NCBI GenBank assembly: GCA_047628835.1
Contig: JBLHVX010000001.1
Location: forward strand, 1-35,310
DNA from: Granulosicoccus sp.
Lineage (GTDB): Bacteria; Pseudomonadota; Gammaproteobacteria; Pseudomonadales; Cellvibrionaceae
Direction of reading: 5' to 3'
DNA: 35,310 nt
Under the pieces are notes generated by a model. It made no database searches. It saw only the letters and a program-made list of their open reading frames with translations, and was not told the DNA's origin. The position numbers and the translations under genes are program-made. Shown here piece by piece: positions 28,459 through 35,310 of this stretch. Numbering within the stretch: the first letter of the stretch is position 1; the number at the start of each line of letters is the position of its first letter.

Positions 28459-30261
28459 GTGACCGACCTTAGTCATATTCGAAATTTTTCTATTATTGCC
28501 CATATTGATCACGGTAAATCCACCTTAGCAGACCGTTTTATTCAAGAATGTGGCGGTTTGTCCGAAAGAGAAATGGAATCGCAAGTGCTCGACTCAATGG
28601 ATATTGAGCGTGAGCGCGGCATTACCATCAAGGCCCAAAGCGTCACCTTAGATTACATTGCTAAAGACGGTAAAACATATCAGCTAAATTTTATTGATAC
28701 GCCGGGACATGTTGATTTCTCCTATGAGGTTTCCCGTTCGTTAGCCGCATGTGAAGGTGCTTTGTTAGTGGTTGATGCCGCACAAGGTGTCGAAGCGCAA
28801 TCGGTGGCCAATTGTTACACTGCTCTTGAGCAAGGCTTAGAGGTGATTCCTATTCTTAATAAGATGGATTTACCACAAGCTGATCCAGATAAGGTTGCTC
28901 AGGAAATAGAAGAGATTATTGGCATTGAGGCAACAGACGCTGTTCGCTGTAGTGCGAAGTCGGGTCTAGGTATTTATGACGTACTTGAAGAATTAGTCGC
29001 AAGAGTGCCACCACCAATAGGTGATGTTGACGCACCGCTACAAGCGCTTATTATTGATTCATGGTTTGATAATTATTTAGGTGTTGTATCTTTGGTGCGT
29101 GTGACCCAAGGGACACTTAAGCTCAAAGACAAAATCATTACCAAATCTATTGGTAAAGCACATGTCGTCGATAAAGTCGGTATCTTTACGCCTAAGCGTG
29201 TTGAAACCAAAATGCTGCGAGCAGGCGAAGTCGGGTTTGTAGTGGCAGGCATTAAAGATATTCATGGTGCTCCAGTAGGCGATACCCTAACGCACTTTGC
29301 CAACAGTAGTGAAGTTGAGATGCTTGCAGGCTTTAAAAAAGTTAAGCCACAGGTATATGCAGGTATGTTTCCCGTGAGTTCTGATGATTACGAATCTTTT
29401 CGCGAAGCGCTAGCAAAATTAACGTTAAATGACGCTTCCTTGTTTTTTGAGCCAGAAAGCTCCGATGCATTAGGGTTTGGGTTTCGTTGCGGATTTTTAG
29501 GTATGCTGCATATGGAAATTATCCAAGAGCGCCTAGAGCGGGAATATGATTTAGATCTTATTACTACGGCTCCAACAGTAGTATTTGAAGTGTTAAAAAA
29601 TGATGGTGAGGTGGTTAGCGTAGCCAACCCATCAAAGTTGCCAGATCCCACCTATATTGATGAAATGCGTGAACCAATAGTAGAGGCGAATATTTTAGTG
29701 CCGAGTGATCATCTTGGAGCGGTGATTACATTGTGTATATCAAAGCGCGGTGTGCAAAAAGATATGCAATATATTGGCAATCAAGTGGCTGTACGTTACG
29801 AATTACCGATGAACGAGGTAGTCATGGACTTCTTCGATCGTTTAAAATCAGTGAGCCGTGGGTTTGCGTCCTTAGATTATAGTTTTGTACGGTTTCAGCC
29901 GGCATTATTAACACGCTTAGATATTTTAATTAACGGTGAAAAGGTAGATGCTTTAGCGCTAATTATTCACCGATCCGATGCGCAAGCGAAAGGGCGCAAT
30001 TTGACTGAAAAAATGAAAGAACTTATTCCCCGTCAAATGTTTGATGTCGCTATTCAAGCCGTATTGGGTGGGCAAGTGATTGCACGCACTACCGTTAAGG
30101 CTTTACGTAAAAATGTAACAGCTAAGTGTTATGGTGGCGATATTTCCCGTAAGAAAAAGTTACTACAAAAGCAAAAAGCCGGTAAAAAACGTATGAAACA
30201 GGTAGGCAATGTAGAAATCCCACAAGAAGCATTCTTAGCTGTATTGAAAATGGATAGCTAA
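28459..30261 (+). CDS. lepA: Elongation factor 4
   Basis: [38 protein letters not shown] start at 28459. Confidence 0.98.
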   Translation: MTDLSHIRNFSIIAHIDHGKSTLADRFIQECGGLSEREMESQVLDSMDIERERGITIKAQSVTLDYIAKDGKTYQLNFIDTPGHVDFSYEVSRSLAACEGALLVVDAAQGVEAQSVANCYTALEQGLEVIPILNKMDLPQADPDKVAQEIEEIIGIEATDAVRCSAKSGLGIYDVLEELVARVPPPIGDVDAPLQALIIDSWFDNYLGVVSLVRVTQGTLKLKDKIITKSIGKAHVVDKVGIFTPKRVETKMLRAGEVGFVVAGIKDIHGAPVGDTLTHFANSSEVEMLAGFKKVKPQVYAGMFPVSSDDYESFREALAKLTLNDASLFFEPESSDALGFGFRCGFLGMLHMEIIQERLEREYDLDLITTAPTVVFEVLKNDGEVVSVANPSKLPDPTYIDEMREPIVEANILVPSDHLGAVITLCISKRGVQKDMQYIGNQVAVRYELPMNEVVMDFFDRLKSVSRGFASLDYSFVRFQPALLTRLDILINGEKVDALALIIHRSDAQAKGRNLTEKMKELIPRQMFDVAIQAVLGGQVIARTTVKALRKNVTAKCYGGDISRKKKLLQKQKAGKKRMKQVGNVEIPQEAFLAVLKMDS

Positions 30262-30348
30262 ATGGGTGACTAAACAAGCCAGCGGCAGGCGTTGTTTAAC
30301 ATCAGAATGTGAGCTATAAGCTCAAACAAAAAGATAAAAAGGTTTTAT

Positions 30349-31149
30349 ATGGATTTTAACTTCCCACTAGTTTTAGCGCTTTTAGTATTTTCGAGCGGTC
30401 TTATTTGGTTGCTCGATATCCTACTGTTAGCACCTCGACGTCGTGCAGAATCAGCAGGTCAAGATGTAGCTGAACCAATATATGTAGAGTACTCTAAGTC
30501 GTTTTTTCCGGTACTCTTGATTGTATTTATACTACGATCGTTTATTGCGGAACCTTTTCAGATCCCATCGGCCTCAATGGTGCCGACATTAAAAGTGGGT
30601 GATTTTATTCTGGTGAATAAATTTACTTATGGAATCCGTTTACCGGTTATACGTACAAAAGTGTTAGATATCAATCAGCCCCAGCGCGGAGACGTGATGG
30701 TGTTCTTCCCTCCGCATGAATCGCGTTATTTCATCAAGCGGGTTATTGGTTTACCTGGAGATAGTGTTCGCTATGCCAATAATCAGGTATTTGTGAATGG
30801 CGAGTTACTGACGAATGAGTTTGTTACTTCAGAGAGCAACAAACGTAAAATCTATGATCGATGTGCTATGACGGGTGGGCATTACCAATTATTTGATGAA
30901 ATGACTGGAGACAACACTCACCAAATACGCAAATGCACCAATCCGGTCGCTTTTACTGGTGATAAAACCTGGGAAGTGCCGGAAAAACATTATTTTATGA
31001 TGGGTGATAATCGTGATGGCAGCGATGATAGCCGGCGCTGGGGGTTTGTTCCCGAAGAGAATATTGTCGGAAAAGCGTTTGCCATTTGGATGCACTGGAA
31101 AGGATTGGTAAGTCTTCCAAGCTTCACAAGAGTGGGCGCTATAGAGTAG
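30349..31149 (+). CDS. lepB: Signal peptidase I
   Basis: EPFQIPSASMVPTL, FIKRVIGLPGD, MGDNRD.S.DSR.WG. Confidence 0.96.
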   Translation: MDFNFPLVLALLVFSSGLIWLLDILLLAPRRRAESAGQDVAEPIYVEYSKSFFPVLLIVFILRSFIAEPFQIPSASMVPTLKVGDFILVNKFTYGIRLPVIRTKVLDINQPQRGDVMVFFPPHESRYFIKRVIGLPGDSVRYANNQVFVNGELLTNEFVTSESNKRKIYDRCAMTGGHYQLFDEMTGDNTHQIRKCTNPVAFTGDKTWEVPEKHYFMMGDNRDGSDDSRRWGFVPEENIVGKAFAIWMHWKGLVSLPSFTRVGAIE

Positions 31150-31226
31150 AATTTACAACTGAAAATCTTCGTCAAAGCAGATGGAAATTATTGTCATTAA
31201 AATAATAAAATAAAAAAGACCTTAAA

Positions 31227-31640
31227 ATGAAAAACTATAAGATAAAAAGACGTATTTGTCGTGAGTCCGGAGCTTCTCTCTCGAGTTGGTTGATTTTTTT
31301 AGTAATAGCATTATTAGCGATTCAGCTGTCTGTAAAGGTGGTCCCCTATTATATTGATGATCATAATGTTTATGAATCTCTTACTATATTGTCTAAAGGT
31401 TCTACACTTCCTGGAATGTCGGTCTCTGACATAGAAAAAAGATTAACTAATCAATGGCAAGAAAACGGAGTTAATCCTCAAGCTTTAGAGGCGTTGCAAA
31501 TCAAAAGAGTTGCTGGTGCTAAATTAATCACCATAGATTATGATATAACAATACCTCTTATGTTAAACGTCTCTATTATATTGTCTTTTCAGCACTCTCT
31601 AGATACGTCTAAACCAGAAAAATGTTGTGACCCCTTGTGA
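31227..31640 (+). CDS. DUF4845-like small membrane protein
   Basis: Pilin-like N-terminus (ESGASL + TM + KVVPYYID). Lies between lepB and rnc as in pseudomonads. Confidence 0.7.
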   Translation: MKNYKIKRRICRESGASLSSWLIFLVIALLAIQLSVKVVPYYIDDHNVYESLTILSKGSTLPGMSVSDIEKRLTNQWQENGVNPQALEALQIKRVAGAKLITIDYDITIPLMLNVSIILSFQHSLDTSKPEKCCDPL

Positions 31641-32317
31641 TTGCTATGCCAAACTTTAAAAAGCTTCAACAACGTATTAATTATCAATTTGCGAATGAAT
31701 CCTTACTGGAAACAGCGCTAACACACCGTAGTTTTTCATCCGCTAATAATGAGCGTTTGGAGTTCTTAGGTGATTCATTACTTGGCGTAACGATTTCTCA
31801 GCAATTATTTAAACAATTTCCTGATGTCAAAGAAGGTATCCTTTCTCGCCAACGTTCTAGATTGGTAAAAGGCGTTACACTAGCGATACTAGCAAGAGAG
31901 TTTTCTTTAAGCGATTACCTTATTCTAGGGTCTGGAGAGTTAAAAAGTGGCGGTTATCGAAGAGACTCCATTTTAGCGGACGCGATAGAAGCCATCATTG
32001 GAGCGATATTTTTAGACAGTGATATACAGCAGTGTCAAAAAGTTATCTTACATTGGTTTGATGATCGCTTACAAAGTTTATCGTCCAATGACCAATTAAA
32101 AGATCCAAAAACAAGACTGCAAGAACTGCTCCAGTCGAAAAAAAAACCATTACCCTCATATACAGTTGCAAATATTGAAGGCGCATCCCATGAGCAACGT
32201 TTTACGGTGGATTGTGAGGTGGCCTTGCTAGATAATGCAGTGACCGCAACAGCAGGTAGTCGTCGTGAAGCGGAACAAGAAGCGGCGACTAGTGTGCTGG
32301 AGCTACTGAATAACTAA
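31637..32317 (+). CDS. rnc: Ribonuclease III (start 31637 or 31646)
   Basis: ALTHRS, NERLEFLGDS, dsRBD KDPKTRLQE. Confidence 0.97.
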   Translation: MIAMPNFKKLQQRINYQFANESLLETALTHRSFSSANNERLEFLGDSLLGVTISQQLFKQFPDVKEGILSRQRSRLVKGVTLAILAREFSLSDYLILGSGELKSGGYRRDSILADAIEAIIGAIFLDSDIQQCQKVILHWFDDRLQSLSSNDQLKDPKTRLQELLQSKKKPLPSYTVANIEGASHEQRFTVDCEVALLDNAVTATAGSRREAEQEAATSVLELLNN

Positions 32318-32332
32318 TTCTATAGAGATCGT

Positions 32333-33232
32333 ATGAAAAAAAATGCAAGCCGTTGCGGCTATATTGCTATTGTTGGCCGTCCTAATGTAGGCAAGTCAAC
32401 ATTACTCAACCATATACTCGGCCAAAAGCTCAGTATTACCTCCCGTAAGCCGCAAACCACTCGACACAAACTATTAGGTATTAAAACCACCGAAGACACC
32501 CAGTATATCTATGTTGATACCCCAGGCTTGCATCAAGGGCAAAAGAAAGCCATTAATCGCTATATGAATCGTGCGGTAACCACAGCGATACAAGATGTTG
32601 ATGTCGTGTTATTTATGATTGAAAAGCTACATTGGTTACCTGAGGATGAAGCTGTGGCACAACGTTTAGCCGAGCTTAAAACCCCAGTGATATTAGTGAT
32701 TAATAAAGTCGATACCATTGATGATAAAGAGATGTTATTGCCACATATGCAAAAAATGCTAGAACGCGTTAATGTGGAAGAAATTATCCCGGTATCGGCA
32801 TTAAATAATCAAAACTTAGACCGTTTAGAGGAAATTGTTCGGGTTCGTTTACCCGAAGATGATTTTTTCTATGCTCAAGATCAAATTACGGACAAAAGCT
32901 CGCGTTTTTTAGCGGCAGAAATTATCCGCGAAAAGATTACCCGTCAGCTAGGCGACGAATTACCTTATCAGATGACAGTAGAAATCGAAGAGTTTACCCA
33001 AGAGGGTAAAATACTACATATTAATGCCTTAATATTGGTGGAAAGAGAAGGCCAAAAGCGTATTTTGATTGGTGATAAGGGCGATCGCCTGAAAAAGATC
33101 GGTCAACAGGCACGCGAAGATATGCAATTACTGTTCGATAGCAAGGTAATGCTAAAAACTTGGGTGAAAGTGAAATCGGGTTGGTCTGATGACGAGCGTG
33201 CCCTGCGTAGCTTGGGTTATGATGATCGTTAA
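32333..33232 (+). CDS. era: GTPase Era
   Basis: [37 protein letters not shown]. Confidence 0.97.
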   Translation: MKKNASRCGYIAIVGRPNVGKSTLLNHILGQKLSITSRKPQTTRHKLLGIKTTEDTQYIYVDTPGLHQGQKKAINRYMNRAVTTAIQDVDVVLFMIEKLHWLPEDEAVAQRLAELKTPVILVINKVDTIDDKEMLLPHMQKMLERVNVEEIIPVSALNNQNLDRLEEIVRVRLPEDDFFYAQDQITDKSSRFLAAEIIREKITRQLGDELPYQMTVEIEEFTQEGKILHINALILVEREGQKRILIGDKGDRLKKIGQQAREDMQLLFDSKVMLKTWVKVKSGWSDDERALRSLGYDDR

Positions 33233-33266
33233 TATCTGGCTCACCTTTAGAGGGTATGGCTGAGTT

Positions 33267-33992
33267 ATGTCTTCGAAGGCTGTAGAGCTTGCCCCATGTT
33301 ATGTTTTACATACTCGACCCTATAGCGATACCAGTTTATTGGTGGATGTACTGACCCAGTCTCACGGTAAATTAACACTGCTGGCCCGTGGAGCGAGAAA
33401 AGTCAGTAAGACTAAGAAGAACCCCCGTTATTTGTTACAACCTTTTATTCCTCTCCTTGTTTCGTGGCAAGGTAAAAGCACCTTAAAAACACTGACTACA
33501 GTAGAAGCTGTAGATAGTACTACACCGCTAGTAGGTAATGCCTTATACAGTGCCATGTATGCCAATGAGTTATTGGTGTACATATTAAAAGATGGCGACA
33601 CTGAAGGCGAAGGTATTTATCTATATTATCAAGCTTTATTGCAGAAACTCAGTGTGTCACTTGTTGCGTTGGATGTCTGTCTGCGTGAATTTGAATTTGG
33701 CCTTTTAGGTGAGCTGGGTTACGCCATTGACTTTATGAGCGAGGCCGAGCAATACACCTCCTTGTGCTCAGACAGCCTCTATTACTATTTTCTGGACCAG
33801 GGCTTTATTGATGTAAAAAACAGCCCCTCTCTTAGCGGAATGCAGTTTAAGGGCCAGGACCTGATAAATATAGGCTGTGGCGATTACTCTGCACTAGTAA
33901 CACGTCAAACGGCTAAATATATTGCCAGAATCACTCTTAAGCGACATCTCGGTTCTCGTCGCTTAAGAAGCAGAGAGCTATTCCTCAAATAA
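33267..33992 (+). CDS. recO: DNA repair protein RecO
   Basis: YVLHTRPYSDTSL, ARGAR, LQPF.PL, LREFE..LL.ELGY, L.SRELF. Follows rnc-era. Confidence 0.93.
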   Translation: MSSKAVELAPCYVLHTRPYSDTSLLVDVLTQSHGKLTLLARGARKVSKTKKNPRYLLQPFIPLLVSWQGKSTLKTLTTVEAVDSTTPLVGNALYSAMYANELLVYILKDGDTEGEGIYLYYQALLQKLSVSLVALDVCLREFEFGLLGELGYAIDFMSEAEQYTSLCSDSLYYYFLDQGFIDVKNSPSLSGMQFKGQDLINIGCGDYSALVTRQTAKYIARITLKRHLGSRRLRSRELFLK

Positions 33993-34060
33993 GTCGTTTT
34001 CTCCTTCTTTATTGTTAAACCTAGATACCTCAGTGAATTGTAGCGACAGGCTTTTTTCTC

Positions 34061-34097
34061 CTCGGCAACTGCTCCTGCGTTGCTCTACTAAGTTACA
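34061..34097. repeat. Probable fragment of a REP-like intergenic repeat interrupted by the IS110 element
   Basis: CTCGGCAACTGCTCCTGCGTTGCTCTAC contains a GCAAC/GTTGC stem. It resembles a repeat I recall from marine gammaproteobacteria, but is single copy in this window. Confidence 0.4.
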
Positions 34098-34149
34098 CAT
34101 ATGAACCCACTCCGGTTTGCAAGATAGCTGATCATTGATATCAGAGGAA

Positions 34150-34330
34150 AATCATTGCTCTCATATATCCGGCCTGTTTATGGATGTGTTTTTAACATCC
34201 TGGCCCCGATGGTTATTTTCGCTCAAACTCCTCATCATCCGTCCGGCCTTTTAATGGCCAATGTAGGAAACAAGTTTTGAATGAGCCGGACTGACCTATC
34301 TCACCATCCGATCATCTTATCTTTTGCAAC
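34150..34330 (-). ncRNA. Putative bridge/seekRNA of the IS1111-type element (boundaries approximate)
   Basis: Located downstream of the transposase. Two GGCC-closed stem-loops, each flanked by a CAT- and an ATG-containing segment (CCTACAT/GGACGGATG and AACCAT/ATATATG). Confidence 0.65.
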
Positions 34331-34395
34331 TGAAGTAGCGGTGCTCTTGTTCAGCGAAATATCACTCTTCATCGTTTCGATACAATTTTTTCTAA

Positions 34396-35310
34396 CTACA
34401 TAGCTGGGCTATAAGTTTCACCTTTTGCCATAATCACCTAAGCAATTCAGGCTAATTTATTAGCCACTGCCACACAGGCTTTATTATGACCTCTGCGCGT
34501 TTTCGATGCTTGAGCCCAGAGACTGAACCGATCCGTCTTGTTGGCTGAATGTCGTAACACCGCACGTGCACCGTGGATATAGAGTGTGCGTAAATAACTA
34601 TTCCCTCGTTTACAGATACCCAGTAATGTTGGCTTGCCACCGCTAGAGTGTTGGCCTGGCACCAAGCCTAGCCAAGCGGAATAGTGTCGACCATTCACAA
34701 ACTCTTTACCATCTCCCGCCGCCGCATACGTTGCGCTCGCAATAATCGGCCCGATGCCAAGTACCTTATCCCATCGACAGCATATCTCATTTGCTTTATT
34801 CAGCGTTTTTATGCGCCGCACGCATTGAGTAAAGCGTTCACCAATTGCCTGTAATTCTTCAAAAAGCTCGGCAAACAATTCTCGTGATAGCACGTCAAAC
34901 CATTATCTGTATCCTCAAGAATCAACGGTAACTGCCTGTGCAGAGAAGCAACGCCTATAGGAATCACGATGCCGTATTCCGCCAATACCCCGCGCATCTG
35001 GTTCACCATGGCTTGGCGTTCTTTTTTAATACGCTCCCGTTGCCGATGAAAATTTTGCACATCTTGCTGTTCGATCGATTTAATCGGCACAAAGCGCATA
35101 CTCGGACGCTGTGCCGCTTCGACAACGGCTTCAGCATCGTTATAATCGTTCTTGTTGCCTTTGACAGAGGGCTTAACGTACTGCGGTGCGATCAACTTAA
35201 CCTCATGCCCGAATGTAATAAATTTCCTTGCCCAATGATTGGCGCCTCCGCAGGCTTCCATCACCACTAGGCAAGGTTCAAGCTGAGCAATGTACACCAG
35301 TAATTGCCTC
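34396..35310 (-). pseudogene. IS110-family transposase (DEDD recombinase), disrupted
   Basis: MEACGGA, KGNKNDYNDAEA in ORF 34809-35297. Frameshift near 34890. GIGPI.A, GLVPGQHSSGGK, KRGNSYLR in ORF 34447-34893. The tail reads NKLA*IA*VIMAKGETY (two nonsense codons) to TAG at 34396. Confidence 0.9.

Larger units (their letters stand above)
34098..35310 (-). mobile_element. IS110-family, IS1111-type element (right part; left end outside window)
   Basis: DEDD transposase remnants, ~300-bp downstream non-coding region and an IS1111-like right end TTGCAAACCGGAGTGGGTTCAT-ATG on the minus strand (subterminal IR 34101-34113). Confidence 0.85.

Noticed and set aside
25100-30300. Imperfect hairpins in the rseA-rseB, rseB-rseC, mucD-lepA and lepA-lepB spacers as a repeat family
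   Set aside because: They share no sequence similarity and are most simply ordinary terminators or stability hairpins.
34809-34893. Programmed frameshift in the IS110 transposase
   Set aside because: IS110 transposases are single ORFs, and two further nonsense codons near the C-terminus show decay.

Overview
AT-rich gammaproteobacterial chromosome segment. The gene order is Pseudomonadales/Cellvibrionales-like; the taxon is inference only. Most of it is conserved housekeeping: hom(partial)-thrC, recJ, a thioesterase, a yadGH-type ABC transporter, queF, a CyaB-type adenylate cyclase, tRNA-Ser(GGA), ghrA, two DEAD-box helicases flanking an NYN/PIN nuclease, ung, ygfZ, sdhE, nadB and the long rpoE-rseABC-mucD-lepA-lepB-rnc-era-recO cluster. 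The non-coding DNA is the interesting part. (i) Three copies of a ~140-bp MITE with GTAACTACTCAG ends, 8-bp target duplications, a doubled left end and a strand-specific G.U-rich fold. (ii) A complete but dead IS1380-family element with a 5-bp TSD, sitting just upstream of the tRNA promoter. (iii) The right half of a dead IS110/IS1111 element whose downstream non-coding region has bridge/seekRNA architecture, with four putative guides sharing an ATG core, apparently inserted in a REP-like repeat. (iv) A perfect 22-bp inverted repeat upstream of sdhE. (v) A 13-bp inverted repeat pair bracketing a divergent promoter region. No CRISPR, prophage or clearly new multi-gene system is visible.
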